This document shows positions 46,704 through 59,111 of a stretch of 64,000 nt of DNA, piece by piece. The DNA comes from Basidiobolus meristosporus CBS 931.73. Lineage: Eukaryota > Fungi > Basidiobolomycota. Position numbers and translations under genes: made by a program. How positions within the stretch are numbered: position 1 is the first letter of the stretch; each line of letters begins with the position of its first letter. Under the pieces are notes generated by a model, which saw nothing but the letters and a program-made list of their open reading frames with translations, was not told the DNA's origin and ran no database searches. The stretch lies in the NCBI GenBank assembly GCA_002104905.1, contig MCFE01000058.1, positions 124,001-188,000 on the forward strand. The letters are read 5' to 3'.

Positions 46704-47875
46704 TTGTATCCAAGAGAAAAGTGTAACAAAACTCTTTAATGGCTTAACTGAACCAAAGGGGCAATTAAGTGCAGAATCTTAGAATTGCCAGAGAGTGGCA
46801 GAAATATCAGCAGGGAGATTCTGGTCTAATATTGGTGTTGTATATAGCTGGATTTGGCTATAAAGGCCACAGAGTTGGCTTGCTATGCATGCTAGGCTTG
46901 GTGTTCCTAGGAGTGCTAGATATGCTAGGCATGGGTGGAAACTAGAATGGAATTGTTGAATTCTTAATTTTGCTGATACACAATTTTAATTTTGTTGGGA
47001 CACACACCAAACCAAAAGGTTCAGTAAACTTTATTTATACTTTTCTGATCAAGTTGAATTAGTAAGTGCTAAGAGACTGGATTCATTGAAATCAGTATGG
47101 ATGTTGATAGGTGCATAAGATAAATGAAAATTGCATCATTGATCAGCAGATATCTTGGCAGCCACTTAGTGTTTGGATAGATCTCAGATGACTAATCTCT
47201 TGGAAAGGCTTAGCAGATCATTCTATGAAAAATAGTTTGGTCCTGTGGGTGGATCTGTTCAGATCAGCCATCAGGAGACCATTATAACACCAGCAACTTG
47301 AAATTAATGACCCTCCACACAATCTTATGTTGGGATCACAACAGTATTTAGCTGATTTTACCACCAAATAAAGTTAAAAACATAACAGTGTTTGGGCAGT
47401 ATTTTGCCAAGGGTGGCATGCCATTGTTGCGGTCTTAGTGTGCCCTACAACTATTTGAGTGGATCTGAGCAGTCAGTACATCCAATTGCCTTATATGGCA
47501 AAAAACATGATGGTGTTCTGACTGCCTCATGGTAAGCCTCTGATGAAATTGTCATGGCAGTATGGTAGCCTACAGCTAGTTCTATATAATGCTACCATAC
47601 CAATTTACCAACTGGTATTTCCTTTTTCTACCTCCCCTTGCGTAATTCATAAATTCCACTGTAGAGTCACCCCTCTCTATTTGCTTACCCACCACTACCT
47701 TGGGTATTCTACTTATAATTTAAATAAAAAAAACTATGGCCTCCTGCTTACTAACCTCTACATATGCACACACCTGCTCCAATCAACATACCTCTGTCAC
47801 CTCAACTTTATGGCTTTTTAGTGTGATACTTGCAAAATTGCCATATACCTTGTATTGCTGGTAACATATACATCT

Positions 47876-48369
47876 TGTTGTAAAAATTTGTATTTCCACC
47901 TAAATATTCACCTGACTCAGTCACTTAGATCATTACCTTCAAATCCTAGAGAATACTGACCAAATTCCTTGTCAGGATTTACTTAGAATATTTCCACCAA
48001 AATACCAGGTACCCACAACATGAAAATTCTCAAAGTTGTCTAAACAGCCCCAAACTTTGCACACATGTTCTTGGGACCTTCCTTAACCTATTCTACGTGT
48101 TTGTAATGCCAAGACCAGGTAAAAGTATAAATACTACTTTTACATTCAATAAATCATTAAGTGAAAACCGCATAATCACATGTGTGCAATGCTTGGGGCT
48201 GTTTGGACAACTTTGAGAATTTTCATGTTCTGGGTACGTGGTATTTTGGTGAAAATATTCTGAGTAGAACCTGACAAGGAATTTGGTCAGTATTCTGTAG
48301 GATTTGAAGTTAATGATCTAAGTGACTAAGTTAGGTGAATATTAAGGTGGAAATACCAATTTTACAACA
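47876..48369. repeat. Inverted fusion of two Copia LTR pieces (fold-back, ~190-bp arms)
   Basis: Plus-strand LTR 47876-48176 joined to the reverse complement of LTR positions ~1-193 at 48177-48369. Confidence 0.88.
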
Positions 48370-50850
48370 GTTTGGTAATTTGACCAAGTCCCAAGTTTGA
48401 TTTTCCATCAGGGCCTTATATTTGTCAGTCATTGCAGATCTCCAAAACTTTGTCTGAGAGCTATTTAAGGCCTCTTTTACAGTCTGGGGCTCATCAATAT
48501 GTACTGAATAGGCATAGACTAAGTTTGTACCCTCATTGATATAGTAGTTTGGACTATTTCTTGTCCAATTGGATCTCTAGGCACTTGATACAGGAATGAT
48601 CACTTCTGGGATATTCCTTGGCACTGCTCCAGGCTGAACCATGGCTATAGAGTACTCTGGAGTGAAAAAATTTTCATTGTTTTGCTCTGATTAAATCCTG
48701 ACAATTGGACTTGAGATCAGATTTTTGTCATCATCTGATGTCATTTTTTGTGAGAATTTTGAATTTTCATCAAAAAACACATCCCTGCACTTGATTAGCT
48801 TCTTTGCTTTGGTATTGTAGAGTCTGTATGCATTACTTTCATGTAGTAGCCCAAAAATATGCATTTTGCACTTTTTGGCTCAAATCTTGACTGAATTCTG
48901 CGGAGTTTCTTGGCATATGCTGTACACCCAAATATTCTTAGATGTTCTGCACTTGGTCAGTATCCATACAATGCCAAAAATGGTGTAAAGTCATAAAGTA
49001 TTCTGTTATAACTCCCATTGTTAAGGTATACAGCTGTGGCAACTGATTCCACCCAAAAATCATAGGACAATTTTTGATCATGGATCATAGATCTTGCTAT
49101 ATCAATTATTAATCTGTTTGCCCAATCTGATACTCCATTTTGCTGTGGGCAGTATGGTACAGTAGTCTCTTGCTTTATCCCATGAATTATGCAGAAGTGG
49201 ATGAAGAGTTTTGAGGTATATTCTTTGCCATTGTCAGCATGTATTTTCTTGATTTTTTCACCAGTTTCTCTCTCCACCATGACTTTAAGCTCCCTGAGCT
49301 TAGACAGAGCTTCTTCCTTTCTCTCCATGAAGTAGACCCATGTGTATCTTGTATAATCATCAATAAGAGTGATTAAATACTTCATCCCACCTAAGGATAA
49401 ACTTTGCATAGGCCCACACAGATCTGAGTGAATTAGATCGAATTTCTTCTTAGTTTTGATCAACCCAGAGCTCTTGAACAGTTATCTGGGTTGCTTCCCA
49501 TATATCAGGTGTTACAGTGCTCCAAATTAGCTGGGGGATCAATTTTTACTCCAAAATTAGCTAATCTTTGATCAATTTGTGATATAATCAAAATTGATGT
49601 GCCCAAATCCCCTATGCCAATGCATTGGTGTATCTTCATTTGAGTTACTTATATTGGCTTCCAGATATGATGGGATATAAGTCAACTTGTATAGATTCTG
49701 ATTTCTGATACCCAAAGCAATATAGGCACCATTTTGATCAGTGAACCTGCATCTGGAATAGTCAAAGCTGAAACTGAGTCCTTCCACTGTGGCCTAGCTT
49801 ACAGATAGTAGGTACTTGACTATTTCTGGTACATAAAGCACTTCATTAATGGTCAGTGAATGGCTTCCTTCACTGCTTCTTAGATATACTTGGATGGTTC
49901 CTTCTCCCACTGCATCAAATGTTCTATGGTCACCCATGAACAACCTTCTAAGTTGGAATTTTTGATTTTGGGTAAAAAGTTCTTTTTGGTGTGTAAAGTT
50001 TTGAGATGCTCCAGAGTCAATATACCATGTCTGAGATTTGCTGTTTGTGGTCATATTTAGTGCAGATTTGAATAGTCTATCTTCAGTTGTTGTAGCAGTT
50101 CCATATTCAGGCTTTTTCTGCTGACTATCTCTCTTTTTGAAGCACCAATCTGATGTGTTGTTTCCATTTGCAGTAGTTACAAGACAGGTGGCTATTGCCT
50201 TCAAAAGGTCTTGGGTATCTCCTTTGTTAACTATCACTACTTATTAAAGCATTTTCTTCTTCCTTCTTATTGGTGCTTGATTTTCTCAATTCTTCATCCA
50301 GGAGCCTTCCATATACATAATTTAAGGTCAAATCTTCAGTTCTAGACTCCAGGGCTGATGCAAGGTCACTTTCTTGTAGCAGCATCTTCAACTTTACCTT
50401 CAACACTTGGTAGTTTGACCCATCCAACTTTTCAGCAGAGGGAAAAATTCCAGTAATAGCAGTGGTAGACAATGCAGAGCATTACAGCTTGGGGCTCATA
50501 ATCTGTTGTAAGAGTCTTGGAGATATTAGAAGTGATTGGGAGGACAAGTAGATTATGTGGTTTTCACTTAATGATTTATTGATTGTAAAAGTAGTATTTA
50601 TACTTTCATATGGTCTTGGCATAGCAAACACATAGAATAGGCTAACAAAGGTCCCAAGAACATGCATGCAAAGTTTGGGGCTGTTTGGACAACTTTGAGA
50701 ATTTCATGTTCTGGTTACCTGGTGCTTTGATGAAGATATTCTAAGTAAACCCCAACAAGGAATTAGTCAGTATTCTCTATGATTTGAAGGTAGTGATCTC
50801 AGTGACTAAGATAGGTGAGTATTTAGGTAGAATTACAGGTTCTTACAACA
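48370..50850 (-). mobile_element. 3'-truncated, internally deleted Copia (Copia-4) with 5' LTR at 50504-50850
   Basis: PBS relic ggggctcataatc at ~50491; gag deletion joins KMLLQE to SDLASALESR; integrase and start of RT present. Confidence 0.92.
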
Positions 50851-51508
50851 GCACTGTGGTTAAGAAAACACTTTAAAGACTTTAGGTTTCAAGTCAAAAA
50901 ATGCATATTATATTATTTCAAGGTAATTAAAGATGTATGCAATAGGTAGATATCCAACTTTTCATGTTACAGCTAATCACATATATATTAGATGTCATTT
51001 AATATGTGGAGCTATAGAGAATAGCTTAGTTAGCTTAGCTTACTGTCCTACAGATGAAATGATTGCAGACATATTAACAAAGCCATTAGCTAGGGACAAA
51101 TATGAATATCTAAGGTCCAAGTTAGGACTGGGCAGAATGAGCATTTATGTGAGTGGAAGTGTTGTAAATATTTGTAATTCCACCTAAATATTCATCTAAC
51201 TGAGTCACTTATACCATTACCCACAAATCTTAGACAATACTGACCAAATTCCTTGTTGGGATTTACTTAAAATATTCTCACCCAAATATTGAGTACCTAG
51301 AGCATGAATATTCTCAAAGTTGTGCAAACAGCCCCAAAACTTGCACACATGCTCTCAGGACCTTCAAAAACCCATTTCCTGTGTTTGTTTGGCCAAGACC
51401 ATGTAAAAGTATAAATACTACTTTTACATTCAATAAATCAATAAGTGAAATCCATGTGATATGCTTGTTCTCCCAATCACTTTCAATATCTCCCAGACTC
51501 TTACAGCA
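50851..51508 (+). mobile_element. 3' end of an older Copia (RNase H relic plus LTR 51160-51508)
   Basis: AIENSLVSLAYCPTDEMIADILTKPL, degenerate PPT gtgagtggaag, then TGTTG...TTACAGCA. Confidence 0.88.
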
Positions 51509-51910
51509 AAATATAGATGTAATTACAAAAGTGCAGCAATTATTTCAGTGTCTCTTAGAAGTGGTCTTTAACAAAAGTAGGGATGGGTAAAATGGCAGGT
51601 TACCTATGCTTTGAGGTGCATATTCTTACTTTTGTGAAGCTTCATGTAAAGCTTAGTCCAGAGATGAAGCACTATAACAGGAAACAAGGGAAAAATAAAC
51701 GCACCAAGCGCTACATGGTTGTAGGGTGTCTTATGGAGGTCTGGGATTGTAGAGCAGAGACAATGATAAACCTGTCCAGTTTGGTAAAATATCTTTCCTT
51801 AGCGGATACAGGCGATGGCAAAACCTCAATACTGTAAACACAAGCTATTGCGTAATTAGTATGAAAGCACATAATATCAGAGATCGAAAGAGTCGCAGAG
51901 AAACTCAAAT

Positions 51911-52386
51911 TATGCATGCCTTCTGTCTGATCTGGTTAGCATCAACAAAGGGGACTTGGGTAAAAGTTTATAACCAAGAGGCAACGGAGCATATGACACA
52001 ACCGATATTTTCAGCGCCAATGATACTGGAGGATGCGGCGCCGGTACTTACAGTGGGGCTGGCAACGAAAATGGCGGTAGTGGCAGTAATGGCGATGTTA
52101 ACGGAGATAGAGGTAAAGGTAGTGGTGACTATAATTCTGGATGTGGCAGTGCTGGAAATAGAAACAGCGCTAACAGTGATGATAATGGGGTGGTAGTGGT
52201 AGTAGCGGTAGTGGTAATAATGCAAATACTACTGGTGCTTGGAACGGAGTGGCTGACAATGATAGTGAGAATGGAAATACAGGAGACGTAACTGGAGGTG
52301 GTAGTGCCAGTGTTTGAGGTACTGCAAACGACAATGAAGGTAATGCCAATGGTTGTATCACCGAAAGCAAAGAACAGTGTAACTAA
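51911..52386 (+). pseudogene. Decayed Gly/Asn/Ser-rich protein gene, unit 1
   Basis: Frame RGNGAYDTTDIFSANDTGGCGAG...ESKEQCN* with a frameshift and an internal TGA. Confidence 0.6.
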
Positions 52387-52788
52387 AATGTAACATCCGA
52401 GTATTTGTAGCTCTGTAAAGTACTACCATTATAATGACTCTTAGTCTCAGACCAACGGCTCTAGTGTACTATGGTTTAATCTGCTCCTCATGACCCTACT
52501 TGGTTCTCCCAGAGTATTCAAGACATCCACATGGTGGACTGCTGCTTACAGCCCTTAGAACTAATGCCCACTTTAAGCCATAGCAATTGTTACCTCGTAA
52601 ATGCCTGCTATTCCTGTGATCGCGTTTTACGGTCGGTAATACATACATCAATAACCTTGATACTCTTGTCCATTTATAAAGTTATGTTTGCTTGCACGGT
52701 TTATTAATATGTACTTGGATACTATGCGTAGTCGTCTTTTCTCTATATAATCAATCTGGACCAAAGCCAGATAGCCGACGTGTCATTT

Positions 52789-53457
52789 CTAACAGTCATA
52801 ATTCTCATAAGGATTCATGGTATACGGAGCTTTGTAGCCATCCTTTGGCATCATGGGCAGCACCACACTACTGCGAAGTCCATTCTTGATCATGTTCTCG
52901 GTAGCCGGGATGATTGTGTTGTACTCAGAGCCAGGGCCATGGGGGATCATGCACACTCGCTCTCCAACACAGTTGGACTCGCTGTAAAAGCAATAGATAG
53001 CCTCGGTGGGCCAGTATAGGACAAAGCCTCCGTTATTTTCAACAGGGTCGATGTTCGCACACTGCCTAAACTCTGGATATGTGATGGGGAAGCCATCCAC
53101 GCCGCTAGCACCATTGGCTAAAGAGATTGTCGCGGTTGCGGCAACAGCTTCGTTGACATCGTTATCCTCAATGGCCTTTTGGTTGGAGGGGCTTGTCCAG
53201 ATCAGAAACTTGGCATCCAGCTCTGTAGCCACCACCCCAGAGAACCATGCGGGATTACAAACTGGAAAGCCGCCGTACAGATTCTGCGCCTCCGTGGAGT
53301 TGTTGCAAGGAACATCGACAGGATACTCTTGCGCAATCAGTGTGGAAGTCAGGGCAGGGATCTTCCCTGTGAGGTCAAGAGCAATGCCGATGGGCTTGGC
53401 TAAGGCAGAAGTAGCAAGCACGGTCCAAACAGCTAGGTCAGTCAGGCGAAGTTGCAT
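52789..53457 (-). CDS. 222-aa secreted protein of unknown family, copy 1 (probable start MQLRL at 53457)
   Basis: Signal-like MQLRLTDLAVWTVLATSALA, 6 conserved Cys, N-glycosylation sequon NNST; near-identical in three copies. Confidence 0.85.
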   Translation of the reverse strand: MQLRLTDLAVWTVLATSALAKPIGIALDLTGKIPALTSTLIAQEYPVDVPCNNSTEAQNLYGGFPVCNPAWFSGVVATELDAKFLIWTSPSNQKAIEDNDVNEAVAATATISLANGASGVDGFPITYPEFRQCANIDPVENNGGFVLYWPTEAIYCFYSESNCVGERVCMIPHGPGSEYNTIIPATENMIKNGLRSSVVLPMMPKDGYKAPYTMNPYENYDC

Positions 53458-54911
53458 ATTAATCTTGTGGGTTGGGATGATCCACAACTACGCGCAAATC
53501 ACCCATTTTATATCGATGATGCACTTGCACCCCTCCAATGTCTGACTGATGGCTTATCGCAGTAGAAATTCCAGCCTTCTGCTTTTTGTTTGCTATCATC
53601 TTTCTTTCATATTCTACCTAACACTGGGCGGTAACAGAATCCTAACTACACCAAGGGCCATACGGAGTTATTCGTGAAAGTAGAATATTCCAACACGTTA
53701 CTCGATTTAGTGATACAGCATTCTAGCTGCCTCTTACCCACCAACTTGGTGGAGTGGTGCTCAAACACTAGGCACAGATCACAGTCGATTGATTTACCAA
53801 ATGAGGAGATAAATAGAAACCGATATCAAATGCAAGACCAAACGGGGTATATCCTTGTATTCATATCACATATCAACTTACTCCTACAAAATTAACCCAG
53901 CGTGCAAGATGCGAATTAAGTGGATGGTCTGCAAAGTTTGTTGTTATGGGTCTCAGGATGAGTGATAATATAGTCAGTGAAGATTCGTTTGGTAGGTGAT
54001 GGGATCGGACATTGTAGGCATTGGTGTACCATCTGAGTTGCGCATTAGCCTTCCTCGCTTCACATAATGAATAGCCTCAGTTTGAGCGGCCGCGAAGACT
54101 GAAAACTAACCTTGTTTGGCCTATCACTCCATACTGGGTGATCCTTTTTTATACATCATGACCTAGAATCAATGTAACCTGCGCCAAGCCAGTGTTCTAT
54201 TTTAGTTAGGCTTCCATTTCGATTGCCTGTAAACCGTTATGTGCTTTGGCTTCTGACGTAATGCGCTGACAAGGGATAAATGCGGTAAGAGAAAGTAGTT
54301 ATCATGGGCATTCTTTATTGCTGATCTGAAGTAGTTGGATCGATTTGCATGGGGCTAAGGAAATCTGTAGATGCCAGGATCATTACTTATTTCAGATATT
54401 ATGAGTATACTAAGTAAAGCTTTGTCAATATAATGAAGTGAGTTGGTGAACATGACATCCAAATGGAGTGTAGGCATCGATGTACCCTCTCTACAGAAAC
54501 TCATGTAGCTTAGGCAAGCATCCTTGGAGTCCTGAGAAAGCTTAGTAAGCCCTTTCATCTGAGTGTCTCCTAGAAGTAGTCTGCAACATGAGTAGGAATG
54601 GGTGAGATGACATATTACCCAAGCTTTGAGGTGCACATTCTTACCGCTGTGAAGCCTCAAGTAAAGCCTCCCCTAGGGTAAAGCATCATGATAGGGTATA
54701 AGGGAAAAATAAGAGCTACATGTTCGTAAGGTATTTTATGGAGATCTAGGGTCATAAAGCAGAGGCAATACATGGTAAAACAGTCCAGTTCGGTATACAC
54801 TCTTTGTAGCTGAGACAGGGGAAGGCAAAACCCCAACACTGTACACACAAGCAATACATTTGATTGAGCCTGTTTCACCTATGTGCACATGATATCCTCA
54901 AACGTATAGTA

Positions 54912-55364
54912 ATGTGCGCCTTTATCATAGTAGCAATCAGCGATGGGGCGTAGAGTAGATGATTACAGACAAGAGGTAATGGCGCATACGACACAATCGA
55001 TATTTTAGGCGCCAACGATACTAGGAGAAATGGCGGTAATGGCGATGATAGCTGAAATTGAGGCAAAGGTAGTGGTGAGTTTAATTCTGTATGTAGCGGT
55101 GCTGGCAATGGCTATAACGGTTACAGTAGTGGTAGTGGTAATAATTCAAATAGTAGTGGTGCTACCGATACTGACAGCGATAGAGGCGGCAGTGGTGGTG
55201 CTGGGAACGGAGTGGCTAACGATGGTAGTAAGAATGGAAATACAGGAGACGTGGCTGGAGGTTGTAATTTGGTAAGTATTAGTGCCAGTGATAAAGGTGC
55301 GGGGAGCGGAAATGGAGGTAACGACGATGGCGGTGGTAACGAAAGCGGAGACCAGTACAACTAA
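54912..55364 (+). pseudogene. Decayed Gly/Asn/Ser-rich protein gene, unit 2
   Basis: MCAFIIVAI...RGNGAYDT...ESGDQYN* with four in-frame stops (TAG, TGA x3). Confidence 0.6.
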
Positions 55365-55767
55365 AATGATACATACGATAATTTGTAACTCGGTAAGTAG
55401 CTAATATGAAAGTACCTCTTAGTCTTAGACCAACGTACGCTGGTGTACTACGGTTTAATCTGCTTCTTATGACCCTACTAGGTTCTCCTAGAGTATTCAA
55501 GATATCCACATGGTGGACTGCTGCTTACAGCCCTTAGAACTAATGCCCACTTTAAGCCATAGCAATTGTTACCTCGTAAATGTCTGCTATTCCTGTGATC
55601 GCGTTTTGCAGTCTGTAATACATACATCAATAACCTTGATACTCTTGTCCATTTATAAAGTTATGTTTGCTTGTAAGGTTTATTAATATGTACTTGGATA
55701 CTATGCGTAGTCGTCTTTTCTCTATATAATCAATCTGGACCAAAGCCAGATAGCCAACGCGCCATCT

Positions 55768-56436
55768 CTAATAGTCATAATTCTCATAAGGATTCATGGT
55801 ATACGGAGCTTTGTAGCCATCCTTTGGCATCATGGGCAGCACCACACTACTGCGAAGTCCATTCTTGATCATGTTCTCGGTAGCCGGGATGATTGTGTTG
55901 TACTCAGAGCCAGGGCCATGGGGGATCATGCACACTCGCTCTCCAACACAGTTGGACTCGCTGTAAAAGCAATAGATAGCCTCGGTGGGCCAGTATAGGA
56001 CAAAGCCTCCGTTATTTTCAACAGGGTCGATGTTCGCACACTGCCTAAACTCTGGATATGTGATGGGGAAGCCATCCACGCCGCTAGCACCATTGGCTAA
56101 AGAGATTGTCGCGGTTGCGGCAACAGCTTCGTTGACATCGTTATCCTCAATGGCCTTTTGGTTGGAGGGGCTTGTCCAGATCAGAAACTTGGCATCCAGC
56201 TCTGTAGCCACCACCCCAGAGAACCATGCGGGGTTACAAACTGGAAAGCCTCCGTACAGATTCTGCGCCTCTGTGGAGTTGTTGCAAGGAACATCGACAG
56301 GATACTCTTGCGCAATCGGTGTGGAAGTCAGGGCAGGGATCTTCCCTGTGAGGTCAAGAGCAATGCCGATGGGCTTGGCTAAGGCAGAAGTAGCAAGCAC
56401 GGTCCAAACAGCTAGGTCAGTCAGGCGAAGTTGCAT
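55768..56436 (-). CDS. 222-aa secreted protein, copy 2
   Basis: Differs from copy 1 at two residues (L/P, terminal C/Y). Confidence 0.85.
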   Translation of the reverse strand: MQLRLTDLAVWTVLATSALAKPIGIALDLTGKIPALTSTPIAQEYPVDVPCNNSTEAQNLYGGFPVCNPAWFSGVVATELDAKFLIWTSPSNQKAIEDNDVNEAVAATATISLANGASGVDGFPITYPEFRQCANIDPVENNGGFVLYWPTEAIYCFYSESNCVGERVCMIPHGPGSEYNTIIPATENMIKNGLRSSVVLPMMPKDGYKAPYTMNPYENYDY

Positions 56437-58075
56437 ATTAATCTTGTGGGTTGGGATGATCCACAACTACGCGCAGATCATCCATTTTATACCGATGATG
56501 CACTTGCTCCCATCCATTGACTGACTGATGGCTTATCGCAGTAGAAATTCCAGTCTTCTGATTTTTGCTTGCTATCATCTTTCCTTCACATTCTACCAAA
56601 CACTGGGTGGCAACAGAATCCTAACTACACCAAGGGCCACACGGAGTTATTCGTGAAAGTAGAATATTCCAACACGTTACTCAATTTAGTAATACAAGTG
56701 ATTGTTTGTCAGTAAAAATTCTAGCTGCCTCCCTCCGACTAACTTGGTGGAGTGGTGGTCACATCAGGGAGATAAGGAGAATCCGATATCAAATACAGGT
56801 CATGTATCAATTAGATTAACCCGGTGTGCAAGATGCAAATTTAGTGGATGATCTGGACCTAGCCAAGTTTGTTGTGATGGGCCTAATTATTAGCCTTAAA
56901 GCGGCCAGTGTAGAATCGTGTGGTAATTGATAAGATTACACAATGTAGATATTGCAGCACCATCTTTGCGCATTAGCCTTGGACGCAGTCAGCAATGAGT
57001 ATGAGTGCCTCCGTCACTGAGAGCTTACCTGATATGGTCTATCACTCCATAATGGGCGATTTGTTTTTATGCATCATGAGCTAGAAACAAAGTGTCCTGA
57101 GCCTGGGCAGTGGCCTAATTGAGTTTGGCTTCTGTTTTCATTGCCAGCGATCCATGTGTGTACTTCCACTTCTGACGAAAAACGCCGATGAGGGATAAAT
57201 GCGGTTAGAGAATATAGTTATCAGGAGCATTCTTTATTACTAATCCTAAACAGCTGGTTCGATTTGCATGAACTTGTTTGGGCAAACCAGATTAGCGAAA
57301 TTGGTAGATCCCAAGATCATTACTTTTCAATGATTACCTATTATATGGCAGGCTTCTAATCTGTAGTATCATTGAGGTGTGTGGATACCACGTAACAGTC
57401 GAATCGGCCAGTGGAACAAACGCGGGGGGAAGACAACCACCAACATGTAAGATATTTATTTCAATTACATTAAGTAATAATGCCTTGTTGAGCCAACTCA
57501 TTGTACAAAGGAATGAATCGAACTCAGATGCCTATGTGAAAGGCCACTAAGTCCAATTGTAGTTAATACCGAGCTAAAGGATTTCAAAGGCTTGAGTATA
57601 CCAAGTAAAGTCTGTCTACAAAATGAAGTGAGTTGGTAAACATGTCACTCAAATGGAGGGTAGACATCAATGAACCCTCTCCACAGACACCGATACAGCT
57701 TAAGTAAGCATCGTTGGAGTTCTGGGCAAGATTAGTAAACCCTTTAATCTGAGTGTCTCCTAGAAGTAGTCTGCAATATGAGTAGGAGTGGGCGAGATGA
57801 CATATTACCCAGGCTTTGGGGTGCCTATTCTTACTGCTGGGAAGCCTTAAGTAATCATCGTGATAGGGTATGGTAGAAAATTAAGTTAGTAGCGTATTTC
57901 GGGGAGATATGGGGCCATAGAGTAGTGGCAGTAGAAGGTGAATTCCTCCAGTTTGGTATAATCTATTTTTTTGGCTGAGACTGAGGTGGCAAAACCCCCA
58001 CACTATGTACACAGCGGCTTAAAAGCAAATCATTTTACAGAGCTTTACATAATCACAATCAATATCATCAAACGT

Positions 58076-58708
58076 ATGGTAATGTGCGGCTTCATCATAG
58101 TAGCCATGTACAGCAGTGCATTGACCTACTTAAGCAACGAGAAACGGGCAAGGCTGGAGTAGTAGGACATAAGGAGGAATCCAGGGTATTTGCCTCGTGA
58201 TATTGTGTAAATAGTATAACAACATATATATCTGAGATTGAAGAAGTTGCAGAGAAATTCGAATCATGCATGGATTCTCTCTGGTCTAGCTACCATCAAC
58301 GATGGGTCATTGAGTAGAAGATTACAGCCGAAGAGGGGCAATGGTGCGCACGACACAGCCAATATTTTCAATGCCAACGAAAATGGAGGAAACGGCGCCG
58401 GTGCTTATAGCGGGGCTGGAAACAGAAATGACGGTAATAAGGGATACCGAGGCAAAGGTACTAGTGGCTATGATTCTGGAAGTAGGGGTGCTGGCAATGA
58501 GAATGGTGATAAAGTGGTGATAGTGGGGATGGAAGTATTAGTAGTGGTATACGGTGGTACTGGAAGCAGAGGGACCAGCAATGCTGGCAATAATGAGAAT
58601 GCTGGAAACGTGGCCGGAGGCAGTGGTACCGGTGATCGAGGTAACGGGCGCCGAAATGGAGGTAATGTCAATGGCGGTGTCAACGAAAGTGGAGATCTGT
58701 GCAACTAA
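58076..58708 (+). pseudogene. Decayed Gly/Asn/Ser-rich protein gene, unit 3
   Basis: MVMCGFIIVAM hydrophobic start, then ...QPKR|GNGAHDT...ESGDLCN*; the VVIVGMEVLVVVY stretch is an out-of-frame reading of SGDSGDGS codons (compensating frameshifts). Confidence 0.6.
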
Positions 58709-59111
58709 AATGTAACATCCGAGTATTTGTAACTCGGTAAAGTAACTACCATTATGATGACCTTAGTCCCATGCCAACGTGCGCTGGTGTACTATGGTTT
58801 ATAATGCTTTTCGTTATCCTGCTTGGCTCTCGCAGAATATCCAAGATATCCACATGGTGGACTGCCGCTTAAACCCTTGATACCAATCTTCACTTGAGGC
58901 CATAGTGATTGTTACCTCGTAAATGCCGACAAATCCTGGCATCAGGTTTTGCGGTCAGAAATACATACAACAATAACCTTGATATTCTTGTTCATTTAGT
59001 AAAGTCATGTTTGCTTGCACGGTTTATTAATATGTACTTGGATACTATGCGTAGTCGTCTTTTCTCTATATAATCAATCTGGACCAAAGCCAAATGGCCG
59101 ACGTGCCATGT

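Noticed and set aside
51968-52370. Minus-strand Thr/Ile- or Pro/Leu-rich ORFs opposite the Gly-rich relics (also 55121-55360 and 58468-58704)
   Set aside because: Antisense readings of GGT/AGT/AAT codon runs; not conserved between units
53458-53487. Ten-residue N-terminal extension (MWIIPTHKIN) of the 232-aa track ORFs
   Set aside because: It begins at a non-ATG codon; the ATG at 53457 (and equivalents) directly precedes a typical signal peptide
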